Assembly (NCBI GenBank): GCA_047967505.1 | Contig: CM106538.1 | Length of the DNA stretch: 64,000 nt | Source of the DNA: Dipteris shenzhenensis | Taxonomy: Eukaryota | Strand: one strand, 5' to 3' | The notes under the pieces: generated by a model | The model's database searches: none | What the model saw: only the letters and a program-made list of their open reading frames with translations | Told to the model about the DNA's origin: nothing | Program-made: the position numbers and the translations under genes | Part shown: positions 36,505-49,441 of the stretch, in pieces | How positions within the stretch are numbered: the stretch's first letter is position 1 | How the letters are laid out: the number at the start of each line of letters is the position of its first letter

Positions 36505-39500
36505 TGGAGACGGAAGCTTTGGGTGGTTCCTACTACTTCATGACGCTAATCGATGACTACAATAGAAGGATATGGATATACTTCCTGAAGAATAAAGATG
36601 AGGCTTTTAGTAAGTTCAAAGAATGGCATGTAATGGTTGAGAAAGAAACGGGGAGGAAGATGAAGAAGTTGAGATCAGACAGAGGTGGTGAGTTCACATC
36701 AAGTGAATTCAAAAGTTACTGCAAAAGTCACGAGATCAAGAGGCAGAAACCCTCGCCACATACACCACAGCAAAATGGAGTAACAGAGCGCAAGATGTGC
36801 ATCATCTGCGAAATGGGCAGGAGTATGATAAAAGGGAAAGATTTGCCAAAGACTTTTTGGGCTGAAGCATGTAACATGGCAGTTTACATTCTGAATCGTA
36901 GCTACACGAAGACTGTGAATAGGATGACTCCATTGTAGGCCTTTTCTGGTAAGAAACCTTCAGCAGCACATTTCAGAGTTTTTGGATGTGACTATTTTGT
37001 GCATGTCCCTGATGCTAATAGGACCAAATGGGAACCGAAGAGCCGGAAGTGTATTTTCTTGGGCTACAATGAAGAGACGAAGGGTTACCGTCTCTATAAT
37101 CCTATTACCAAGAAGGTAATAGTAAGTTGTGATGTTGTATTCTCAGAACAGCTGCATCAATTGGAGGAGGATGCTTCCTTCCCAAACAACCAGGACCAGT
37201 ATATCCATCTAGTACAACCACCAACAGCAGATCGAACTCCCCTAATGGTGCTTGGGAGGATTCAAGATAAAGAAGAGGAAGAAGAGCTTGCATAACCACA
37301 ATGGCAACGGCCATTCCCAAAGTGGGTAAAGCAGCTTTTGGATGGCAGAGAATCTCCAGCCATTGAGGAGGAACCATCCGAACACCGCCGGCCCAAGAGA
37401 TTAGAGGAGCAAAGAAGGGCACAGGAACACTTTGTCAACTATGCTTTGATGACAGAGGTGATCCGTGCTGAAGAACCCAAGTGTCTTGAAGAGGCATAGG
37501 GTGATGATAGGTGGATGGAGGCTATGCAGTCGGAGTATGGCTCCATAATGAAGAACAACACTTGGGACCTTGTGCATTGACCACTAAAATGCAAGGTAAT
37601 TGGCACCAAGTGGGTGTACAAGACCAAGTACAAGTCCGATAGCACGTTGGATAAGTACAACAAGACTTGGCTCGTGGCAAAAAGGATTCGCATAGGTACA
37701 TGGTTTTGATTATCAGGATACTTTTGATTCCACAACTCGACTAACCACAATTCGCAGTGTTTTGGCTTTAGCAGTATAGGAAAGTTGGCCTATGTTTCAG
37801 ATGGATGTAAAATCTGCCTTTTTGAATGGAGATCTCAAGGACGAGGTATACATGGAACAACCACCAGGTTTTGTGATCCCCAATTTAGAAGGTAAAGTCT
37901 GTAAACTAAAGAAGGCACTTTATGGACTGAAATAGGTCCCACGAGCATGGTACCAGGGGATTGATGCCTACTTTCTGCAAAACGGGTTCAGGAGGAGCCC
38001 ATCTGATGCAAATTTGTATATCTACAGAGAAGGAGGCGCGTGTATGATCGTGGTCCTTTATGTGGATGACCCAAGTGCCGTAACAGGGAACCATGAAGAG
38101 AAGATCTCGCAGACAAAGCAATTGCTAGGAAGAGAGTTTGAAATGGCAGACCTCAGACTGATGCATTTCTGTTTGGGGATTGAAGTTTGGCAAGAGCCAA
38201 AATAGATCATCTCAGAGCTGAAGTATGCTGGAGAGATACTGAAGGCATTTGGCATGGCTGAGTACAAGACAGTTGGCACCCGTATGGAGGTTGACGTGAA
38301 GCTCTCAAATGAGGATTCATCACCACTAGTGGATGAAGTACAAAAGGCTTGTGGGAAGTTTGATTTTACTTGTGCAACACGTAGCCGGACATCAGCTTTG
38401 TGACTGGTGTACTAAGCAGGTTTTCCAATAAGCCCTGGGAGAACCATTGGAGGGCAGGGATGTGGGTGCTGAAATACATCAAAGGCACACTTGATTATGG
38501 CATCAACTATACCAAGGGCAACATCTTGATCGAATTCTATGACTTGGATTGGGCAGGAGAGCAGGAGATTAATGACAGGTTACTGTTTCTCACTTGGATT
38601 TGGAGCTGTGTCATGGGTCAGCAAGAAGCAACCCAGAGTTGCCCTTTCTTCTACCGAGGCTGAGTACAAATCAGCATGTTTTGCTTCTTGTGAGGTAGTG
38701 TGGTTGAGGAGGAATTTAGGGGACATGGGTGCAGTGCAGAACAAGCCTACGCAGTTATCATGTGACAATCAGAGTTGCATGGCAATTGCAAAGAACCCTG
38801 TGTTCCACGCTCACACAAAACACATTGAGATTCAATATCACTTTGTACTCATCATGGATGGAGAGGTCGACTTGGTGTACTGTCCGACTATAGAGAATGT
38901 TGCGGACATCTTCATGAAGGCTCTTGGAAGAGACTTGCTGGAGAGGAATCTTCATCGACTTGGCATTGGGCTGAAAAAGTAAGTTCATTTGTGGGTGGAC
39001 ATTGAGGGGGGGTGTTAGATATCAATGCTCCACTCTCGTGTAACTATGCGGGAACCAGCTAACTCTACTTGTAAGCCCCCCCATATGAGGAGAAGGCATT
39101 TGAGTAGCTCGATTATCGAGTAGGTCCATGTGTGGCCTGATGGCTGGATGGCTTTAGATAGAGTTGGCACACTGCCAACTAGGCTACATGCAAGTGCGGG
39201 AAGGCATCCCATGACTGACCACATTGAGGCTAGACAGAGCATTTCCTGGGGTAGCCCATTCTCGGGTTGTGGGGCCCGTTTGGAGCCCCATATGATCTCG
39301 GAGGGGTGTGGGCCAAACGGTGACCATAGGTTAGTTCCTCTATTTTGTGCCACAGTTCTATTGTGTGGTCGGTGGCCTGTTTCGAGACTGATGACCTCCA
39401 GTCGGCCGATTTGGGTGGACTGGGTCGGTCACCCAATTGGGTCTAACCGACTATGACTGGTGGCTATATAAGAGCAAGTTCGTGAAGCCCATCATCATCA

Positions 39501-39725
39501 TTGGCTACATCAACCTTGATTCCTTAGCATCCAGCCTCCATCCTGTACTGTTTCTAGCATGCCATCGAATCTTCTCACATAGGAGCACATGGCTGGGAGG
39601 CAGCGCCATCTATTGTATCAGTTTTACAGTAATCAAATTTTTGATTCTCCATACTATCTGCTTTTCTCTCTTGCATACGAGATCCTGTTATCTATTGAGC
39701 ACAGACATTGTATTGTTTTCTTACA
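36505..39725 (+). mobile_element. pol: Copia G: integrase-RT-RNaseH, PPT and 713-bp 3' LTR; 5'-truncated; inserted in a Copia F copy
   Basis: YYFMTLIDDYNRRIW, LYVDD, KHIEIQYHFV; PPT 39001-39012; LTR 39013-39725 (TGTTAG...TTACA). Confidence 0.92.
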
Positions 39726-42565
39726 AACATTACAAGAACCTGGTTTCTGTTGGTCAAATGGTTGAGTAGGGCGGCTTGCAGGACAGATTTAATCCTCATG
39801 GATGCTTTGTTGAGGATATGAAAAATAAAGGTTGCTTGATAGCAAAAGGGAAGAAGAAGGGCAGTGTAGACATGCCTGATAGCAATGTTTGCACATGGGA
39901 CCAGTGTAGTTGCAGATATTGATATTTGGCATAAATGCATTGGTCATGTTGATGTACATCGACTTAAATTAATGCAGGCCCAAAATATTATTGCAGGATT
40001 TCCTAATTTCAAGGTTGCAGAAATGCATAAGGTATGTCAAGCCTGTCAATTTGGAAAACAGGCAAGGAAACCATTTCCTAGACATGTTCAAGAGAGTAAG
40101 AGGCCATTGGAATTAATCCACTCTGATGTGTGGACTACTAAAGTTGCATCTATTGGAGGCTATCATTATTTTGTCAATTTTATTGATGACTACAGCAGAA
40201 AAGTTTGGGTGTATTTTATGAAAAACAAAACTGAAGTGCTTGGGAATTTCAAAGCTTTTAAAGCTATGGTTGAAAAAGAAACAGGCTTGCAAATAAAATG
40301 CCTAAGGTCAGTTGGAGGGGGAGAGTACCTCTCAAATGAGTTTGCAAGGTTCCTGCAGGAGCATGGCATAAAGCAGCAATATTCATGCAGTCATACCCCA
40401 CAGCAAAATGGACTTGTAGAAAGGAAAAATAGGCATATTGGAGAGGTATCTCGTGCCATGCTCAACGAAAAAGACCTGCCATATTTTCATTGGGCTGAAG
40501 CAGTTGCTATAGTAGTCTACATAATGAATAGGACTCCCACTGCAGCAATACATGGCATGATGCCAGAGGACAGGTATACTGGTAGGAAACCAGATATTTC
40601 TCATTTGAAAGTTTTTGGTTGCATTGCCTATGTTTATGTGCCAGATGAGTTGAGATCCAAGTTGGATTAGAAAGCTGAGAAGTGCATCTTTATTGGATAT
40701 TCTCTGCAACAGAAAGGGTATAGATGCTATAATCCTTCTACTCGTAAGTTTATAGTGAGTAGAGATGTTGTTTTGGATGAGATGAGCAGCTGCTATAAAC
40801 CAGTAAATGTGATTGATGATGTAGATGCACAAAATTGCAGCACCAATCACAAAATATTAGTGAACATATAGTGTCCTCTAGCAGTGGTTCACATACTTCA
40901 CCATGGATAGGCAGATTGAGATCAGGAGAATCTCCTCAAAGCAAAGCAGACAGTAGTATGCAAATATCACGAAAAGGAAAAGAGAAAGTAGATCAGCCCA
41001 TGGTTGATGTGAATGCAGGTCATTCTTATGTGGATGGTGAATCCAGTGGCTCAGAACAGAGCCTTGATGATGAGTTGGGTATTCCTTCTATTGTTACACC
41101 TGGAGTAAGGAAGACAAGGGATGTTTTGAGAGCACCTGGTAGTGAGCCTATTTTGCACAGGTCCACCAGAGCTAGGTATCTTATGGATAGGCTAAAATAT
41201 GATGGATTTACAGCCATTCACTATGCCTATATGGTCAAAGTGATACATGAACCAGAACCCACTTCTTTTTAGTAAGCCATGGGAAAAGAAAAATGGGAGA
41301 AAGCCATGGATGAAGAAATGGATGCCTTGGAAGCAAATGCTACATGGGAATTGGTGCCTTTGCCTAAAGACAAGAATGCAATTGGCTGCAAGTGGGTTTA
41401 TAAGGTGAAGCACAATGCAGATGGTTCTATGAACAGATACAAGGCAAGATTAGTTGTCAAGGGGTATGCACAGACATATGGCATTGATTATGAAGAAACA
41501 TTCAGTCCGGTTGCAAGGATGGTAGTCGTAAGAGCAGTCATTGCTCTGGCTACATCAAAGGTATGGTCTTTACATCAGATGGATGTAAAGAATGCTTTCT
41601 TGCATGGTGATTTGCAAGAAGAGGTCTATATGGAGCAGCCACAAGGTTATATTGATGTTGTTCATCCTGAGTTTGTTTCCAGGTTGAAGAAAGCCTTGTA
41701 TGGCTTGAAGCAAGCACCCAAAGCATGGTCTGATAAGATAGGATAGTATCTTGTCACTATTGGTTTTCAAATTTCCATGGCAGATTTCTCACTTTAAGTG
41801 AGAAAAACAGAGAAAGGTCTTATGCTACTTGTCATTTATGTTGATGATTTGATCATCACAGGTGATAGTGATGAAGATATCCTTCATGTGAAAATGCTAT
41901 TGAAGCAAAAGTTTGAGATGAAGGATTGGGAGAGCTACGTTACTTCTTGGGCACTGAGGTGATTAGATCCACAAGTGGGATATGGCTTTTGCAGAGGCAC
42001 TATGGATTGGACATGTTGTCCAAATATGGGATGACAGGATGTAAGCTGATTTTAGTCCTTTTGGAGCAGAATGTGAAGCTGAGTTCCGATGCAGGTGAGT
42101 TTCTGGAAGACCCTACTATGTACAGATGCATAGTAGGAAGTTTGATTTATATGACTATTACTAGGCCAGATTTGAGCTATGCTATTGGGTTGGTAAGTCA
42201 GTTTATGCAGGCTCCAAGGAAATTGCATTTGGATGCAGCTAGATGCATACTGAGGTATGTGAAGTCCACATTACAGTATGGACTATTTTATGAGAATGGG
42301 GTTCAGATACAGTTGCATGGATACACTGATGCTGATTGGGCTGGTAGTATTTTTGATAGACGATCTACCAGTGGATATATGTTTTCTTTTGGGAGTGCTG
42401 CAGTCACTTGGAGGAGCAAGAAACAGCCTACAATTGCCTTGTCAAGCACAAAGGTTGAATACAGGGGTGCAGCAATGGCTGCATGTGAGGCAGCTTCATT
42501 GCATAAGCTGCTTTATGATATGCATCAGTCTATAGATGGGCCAGTTGTCATTTATTGTGACAACA
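39726..42565 (+). mobile_element. pol: Copia F pol (protease end, integrase, RT, RNaseH); a separate copy from F1
   Basis: Overlaps F1 sequence 27092-27600; ORFs 39885-40670, 41279-41746 (QMDVKNAFLHG) and 41926-42606 (YTDADWAG). Confidence 0.95.
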
Positions 42566-42975
42566 ACTATTTGCAACGGTCCCCATGCGACAGTGAGAAA
42601 AGATAGTAGCGGTTTCTTTTCAATAGACTCCACCAAACATTGGACCGATGAAAGTGATACTTTTGTTCTTCCCGAGCACTGTGAGTAGGTGCATACTAAT
42701 GATTTAATTAATCAAAGCTCTCATTTTTAAAGATCCATTGAAACATGTACTTAAGCATAATTTCATATATATAATTGACGACATTTGGCACCATCTTCAA
42801 TATAGGTGGTTTTTCATTCGGATCATTCTGATCCAAGATGGTGGTACATGATCCAAGTTGCACCATGAAGTAAGCAAATTTTTGAAGATAGAGATGTGGA
42901 TATGGAGATGCCACTACCAATGCGGGATCCAATTGATCCCAATGAATCTAGTGAAGAAGATGAAGATCACAATAT

Positions 42976-44015
42976 TGTGAGATCGGAGATTGAGAGAGAG
43001 AGCAAAAGAGTGAGCTTGAAAGCTGTAGCTGAGTTGCAATAGAAGAGTGTAAAGAGTACAACTCAAAGAGTGAGAGATAAGGTTTTGTCCTAGTGACAAA
43101 ACCTTAGTAGTCACTAACCATAGTTAGTGAACTAACTACGGTTAGGGGGAAAAACCTCTTAAAGAGGGAAAAGTGCCCCTAACTAGCTTATTAAATTACA
43201 TTGGTCACTGTTGAATTATATCTTTAATTCTAACAACCCCCTGAAGTGCCAATGTCATGTACAAGGCTGATCAATCACCAAATGGATATAAGTTCAGGGC
43301 ACTGCGAAATGCCTCAAACTTTTCATGTGGTAGTGCTTTGGTGAAAATATCGGCAACGTTGTCATGTGTGGACACAAAGATCATACTGATCTCTCCTGCA
43401 TGCAACTTCTCTGACGTAGTGATAGTGAACCTCAATGTGCTTCGTGCGAGCATGAAACACTGGATTCTTTGCCACTGCAATGGCACTCTGACTATCAGTG
43501 AGAATTGGAGAAGGACCCTCCAAAGACAGATGAAGATCAGCAAATAGACGTCGCAACCATACACATTCAATTGTTGCTGTGAAAGCTGCCCTGTACTCAG
43601 CTTCACATGATGAGGTAGCCATTGTAGATTGTTTCTTGCTCAGCCAGGAAATGCAAGATTTACCCAAAAAGAAACAATTGCCACTAGTGGACTGCCTAGT
43701 GTCATAATCACCAACCCAATCTGAATCACTGTAGGCATGCATCTGCAAGTCACCCCCCAGGAAATAGCAAGCCGAAAGACTTAGTGCATTGCAAATAACA
43801 GAAGATGCGCTTAAGTGCCTGCCAATGCATAGTTTTTCGGCTGTGCATGTACCTGCTCACCTGAGATACTGCAAACTGAATATCAGGTCTAGTGTTGCAG
43901 AGATATATGAGGCATCCAACAGCCTGACTGTAAAGTGTGGCATCAACTAATTCTCCTGCATCATGCATTGTGAGTTTCAGCCTCGGCTCCATGGGAGTGG
44001 CTATGGGCTTACAAA
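42976..44015 (-). mobile_element. pol: Copia H: RT end, RNaseH, PPT and 3' LTR (about 42976-43235)
   Basis: AYSDSDWVGD, HARTKHIEVHYH; purine tract precedes TGTTAG on the minus strand. Confidence 0.88.
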
Positions 44016-44449
44016 TAAAGAAACCCCTTCAACTCACATACTACCTTACATAATTCTGAGTGATCACCTCGAGGTGTAGACATTGTAGCATTTTCCCTTT
44101 TGTATCTATTGAATGATTGCTAACTTGCATGTATTTATTATTTATCGAATAATAGGTTTTCTCTTTGTATGTTGCCAAGAATTTTCCCTTTGGTATTCAT
44201 TTAATGATTGCTGACTTGCATGGATTTATGAGTTATCCAATAGTAAGTTTAATATTTGTAAGTTGCCAAGAATCATACAAAAGATAATTAAAAACAATCT
44301 GTAATAGTGTCATGTAGATTCAACCATTTTTAGTAAAAATTTATTGCTCCTATAGGTTTACACAAAATTCCTCATAAGCATCGCTCGAACTTTGGGCTCG
44401 CTCGAATGCAGTCACTCGATGTTGACTTACCCGAGCAAACTGTTGTGCT

Positions 44450-46486
44450 GCCAATCCTACCTGGCATCCCAAATAACTGATAGGAACACCCCTTTGAATC
44501 CAGAAAAATCAATGTCAACTCCCCAGCCTAGAGTGTCCTCATCACTGATCCAAAAGCTAAAGGATTTATGCCAGTTAATGTGTGCCCTTGCAGCTGAGCA
44601 AAAAATATTCAAGGCTGTCCGAAAAGAATCAAGTGACTGCAAGGAGGCCTCAATAAAAATAGCAGTGTCATCAGCCAACTCATAGTCAAAAAGCTCCTGC
44701 TCCTATCTCAAGGGCAATCTCAGCCCAAAAACTCAGCCTGAGATCTAAGGAAGATACTCATAGCTTCTGCCACAAAAAGAAAGAGGAAGGGGGCTAAAGG
44801 GCATCCCTGACGAACTGATCTGGAAATCTAAAACCTGTCACCCCTTACCCCTCCAATCAAAACCTCGCTGTTCTGTAAAGGGAGGCCACCCCTCTGATCC
44901 AAGCATCTGAAAATCCAAACCATAGAAGAGTGCCCTCAAGAAAACCCCAATCTACTCTATCATAGGCTTTCTTGAAGTCCAAGAGTAAAACTGCTAGCCT
45001 TTTCCCACTCTGCATAGCCCACTTTGTGGCTTCCCAAAAGGAAAAGATATTATAAAAAATGCTCCTGCCATGCACAAAGCCTGTCTGAGTATCATGGATG
45101 AGGTATGGAAGAAGGGGCTGTAATCAGATGCTGATTGCCTTGGCAAGGATTTTGTAAAGAGTGCCCAAAAGAGTGATGGGTCTCCAATGGGATACAAAAT
45201 TCCTATTGCCACCTTTCGGGATAAGGTGAATGAGTCCCTCGATTAGTGAGTCAGGCATCTCACCTGAGTCCCAAATGCCCTGCAAGGCTGAAGTAATATG
45301 ATCACCTATCATAGCCCAAAAGGCTATAAAAAAAGGAGTAAGACCATTGGAACCAGGGCATTTCCCCTTATGAAGGGCAAAGAGAGCAGTCTTGAATTCT
45401 GTGTTGGTAAAGCATGCATCAGGTGAGCATAACATCTATGGGGTGACCAACACAGGTAAACTCTGCCAAACTTCATCTCTAGCCACCTCTCTGGCCTGTG
45501 AGTTCGGATCTGCAGAAAGTAGGGAGGTATAGAAAGCTGTCGCTAAATGCATGACGGTTTTCGCATGGGACTGCAAAATGCCATCAGAGTCAATAAGCTG
45601 CCTGACACTCTCTCTACTATGTCTAGGACCAAGTGTAGAGAAAAAGTGTTTATTGACTCTCCCTCCCATTTGTATCCAAAAGGATTCCCATGCATGGAAG
45701 GCATACTCTGCTCTCTAATCAAGCAAGGTCTGGAAGTGAGCCCTTGGCGCAGCAAGGCGCTCTTGTATCCAAGAAATTGATGTCATTTCTACTCCTCCCT
45801 CTGTAGGGCTGCTAACTGCCGACAGATACCGATCTCTCACCTGAGTACCTCACCTTTCTGAGCACTAGCAACGGAGTGATAGAAGTCGCTGATACTGGCA
45901 AGTGCTGTGGCCACATGTGAAGGACCGGCCACCCCCCCTGCATATGAGAAACCTAGATCTCCAACACTGCCTCTGTGAGAGTCTCATCCATGTATAAGGT
46001 GTCTGGGATCCTGATACTGTGAGACCGTCCTCTCAGATGAGGCTTTGAAATGGACAAAATTACTGGAAAATGTTCTGAAGTGGAAACACTGGGTGCAATG
46101 CAAACTGTCCCCCCTCTATCAAGAGCCCAGTCACCCACATAGAATCTGTCAATCAGAGCATGGATAGGCATCTGCACCCTATGGTTCGACCATGAAAACA
46201 AAAGTGATTGAGACTGAACAAGAAATGCATCATCTGACCAAACATATCTACCACTAAACCTGAACAAGAAGGCATCCCAAGTTGCTCTCTCAAGGGAGTG
46301 GATACCACCTTCTCTGCCCCCTTTCTTATTAGAAGGTGCCTCAACCATGTTGAAGTCACCTCCAATAATCCATGAATCCGCAATGTCAGCCCATGAGAGC
46401 AACTCTTTCCAAAACAAAACATGGTCCCCTCTGTTGTTCAGAGCATAAAGGTTGAGTAAACCAACCTTAAGTCCGTCAATCTTCAA
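44450..46486 (-). mobile_element. L1-type LINE ORF2 fragment (APE endonuclease and RT)
   Basis: NLYA, WIIGGDFN, IDRFY, SEHFPV, WRPITLLGTLYKILAK, LDFKKAYDRVDW, ADDT. Confidence 0.95.
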
Positions 46487-47474
46487 GTTGTAATTCTTTT
46501 TGGTCTAAAGATAAACTATCAACAAAGGATTGCAAGTTTATTTGGTGTTGAACGTCTTTCTCAAGTGTTGAATTCTCCCCACCCTCTCCTTCTACCTATC
46601 TTGGATTATCGAGAAACTTGGGATGTTTGGATTTTGGTCTTGGTGTGATGACATCTTGGCTATTTCCGTTGAGCACAGACGTTGTATTGTTTTCTTACAA
46701 GTCACACCCTACCCTACCTATGTGTGCGTTGTGGATGTATCTTCACTTGATTTTCAGTTCAAGCTACCTCTTTTCATTGTTTGCCCATAGATAAGCCTCA
46801 TTTTGTCTCTCTCTCTTTTCCATATTTTTCCAAGCATGGTTGACATTCCCGTGTTCTGTGGACGGGTTGAAGAAAATCCAAATGAGTATCTTGTGGCCTT
46901 CAAGCGCCATTGTGTTTCTCTCAACTTTCTTACTAAAGATAGATGGCTATTGGTTCTTCCCACATTTCTAGAGGGTTTGGCTCAAGTATGGTATGAGAAG
47001 TAGGCAGACGAGGTTCGCCAAAGCTGGCCAAAGTTAACAGCAGCGATGATTGAGTATTTCGGCAAAGAAGAGGAGCGGAGAATGTGTACCTGCAGGTGGC
47101 AAACTTGAAGCAGTTAGAAGGTGAGATGGTGCATCGATATGTGGATCGAGCAACCGTGATCCTTGATCATTTAATTGCCACACAGGAGGACAATGCCGGA
47201 TTTTGAGCTAGAATGACTCAGCACATGCTAGGCTACCTTGTAGCAGGAGCAAGTGACGAATTCCGCCTCAAGCTTAAATGGGAGAATCCAGAAACTATGG
47301 TGCTAGCACATGAGATCGCTCAAAAGTTTGATAAAGTTCAGTCTGAAGACGATTGTCCCTCCGCAACCCCCTCAATTCTTGCAACAACAACCTGGGGGGT
47401 CTAACTTAGGGGCATACCCCCACCCCTCATTAGGGATGTATCCACCGCCTCCACCTCAAATGTATGGTCCTCCT

Positions 47475-49441
47475 TGTGAAGAGAGTGGGAAAGAGGTAAG
47501 GAGTCTCACTTGCAGCTTTCTCACATGCACAATGGGGGAATACACACAAAGGTGGAGGCTGAAAACACTTTTCCTCTTCTTAGTTGTGAAAGCCAAAAGA
47601 ACTCTCTCTCTTAGTACAAAAGGAATAGATGAACCCTATATGTGAGTCTCAAACCAAACTCAGCTAACCTAGGTGGCATACTAACTGAGCCACTAACTAG
47701 AGTACATAAAGATGGCTGTCATCCAGCTATTATTCATGGGCGGTGTACCAACCGCATCTGTAGCTAACAAGTCAGTGACATAAATGCACAACGGTCACCT
47801 TGGCATATCACGAGTGGAGCTCCAACACTCCCTCTCAAGCTCAATCCCAATTCCTGCACACCAAGCAGGTCTCTGAACTTGCACAACTTCTCTGCGCCCA
47901 ATGCCTTCGTGAATATGTTAGCTACCTGATCCTCTGTGCTGACATAAACTAGATAAATAAAAACTACTAGAACCTTCTTTCGCACATACTGGTAATGCAC
48001 CTCAATGTGCTTTGTTCTAGCATGATAGACTGGGTTATTTGCCAAGTGTATACCCAATTGTGAGGAGAGAAGATTGGTATCCGAAGCACTTGCTCCACTA
48101 TCTTGTGTGAAGTTAGCCATGACTCTCTTTGAATCGATGCGTTCCATGCAAAAATGTCGTCCATATGACCATAATGCACTATACTTTTTGTATTGTAAAA
48201 GAGCATCATTAAAACAATGAAGATGCATCTATTTTATAGCGTATATTGCCACAAATAATTACTTAATTATGTCAAGAGGTAAGAAACTTCTTAATGTAGA
48301 GCCAGTTGTAGCCAATCAAGTGACATGTGAGTGGGGAGAAGAGCCAGATCCCATGGATATGGTTGCCATCGCCTATACATTACTCTGAATCTCGTCCTTG
48401 CATTTATTCTTTCTGCTTTGGCCACTTCATATCTCTCAATCCACTTTTGCATCTTAGGGCTATTGAGGATACAAAACTTATTGAATTTCTCCCTTTGCTC
48501 TTCACTCATCTTTCTTTCAATCCATTCTCCTTGGGGAACCTCGCCAACGATGCGATCATCATCCTTGTTATGCCAAGCTTGTGGCATATCAAGATTCGTG
48601 GATGCAAGAAACTCCGTGATATATACTAATGACTTGCACAAGCCATCCCTCTACCATGCTTGCTTCTGGTCTTGCCCTTTGTCTTACAAATCCTTCAAAG
48701 TTTTCATAAACCGCTCAAGAAAAAACATCCATCGACTATGAACGGTACCTCCAATAGCCACCTCATCAACTATGTGCACAAGCAAGTGGACTTGAGTTGT
48801 CATAATGCTCGAGGGAAAGTGCTTCTCAAGCAAGCATACGGCTTCGATGGATTCCACCCTAGCCTTCTCGATGCTCTATATGGAGATCTCTTTTTGATAT
48901 ATCCACCTATTTCACATGTCCATGTAAGATATTTTCATAATCAGTCTACAGAGATTAATCAGTTTAAATTCAAGAAAATGCAATCAATGTGATTTGATAG
49001 TAAGCATACCTCACAATACCACTGATCTTGAATATAGCATTTCTAACATCTTCTTGTAAGCACCCTTTTATTGTAATTGGGAGGATGAACTATCAAAGCA
49101 ACAAAGAAGTCATGTCAACAATATAACATAATCATAATTACGCTAAGGCCAGATTTGAGCTATGCTGTTGGGTTGGTAAGTCAGTTTATGCAGGCTCCAA
49201 GGAAACCGCATTTGGGTGTGGCTAGATGCATACTGATGAACCCTATATGTGGGTCGCAAACCAAACTCAGCTAACCTAGGTGGCATACTAACTGAGCCAC
49301 TAACTAGAGTACATAAAGATAGCTATCATCCAGCTATTATTCATGGGCGGTGTACCAACTACATCTGCAGCTAACAAGTCGGTGACATAAATGCACAATG
49401 GTCACCCTGGCATATCATGAGTGGAGCTCGATATCTCAACA
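47475..49441 (-). mobile_element. Rearranged Copia F2 inserted in the D2 gag
   Basis: LTR 47475-47827, PPT and RNaseH end 47828-48052; partial LTR 49235-49441; RT piece 49143-49236 in the opposite orientation. Confidence 0.88.
48055..49140 (-). mobile_element. CACTA/EnSpm transposase fragment (DUF4218-like) with introns, lying between F LTRs
   Basis: HLLVHIVDEVAIGGTVHSRWMFFLERFMKTLK at about 48690-48790 matches the HLV.E....GPV..RWM..FER.M..LK motif. Confidence 0.85.

Noticed and set aside
24992-42565. F1 and the 39726-42565 pol as one element split by insertions
   Set aside because: They overlap by about 500 bp of homologous, non-identical sequence, so they are separate copies
42566-42960. 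ORF 42708-42932 as a protein-coding exon
   Set aside because: No recognisable motif; a short piece between two truncated Copia elements
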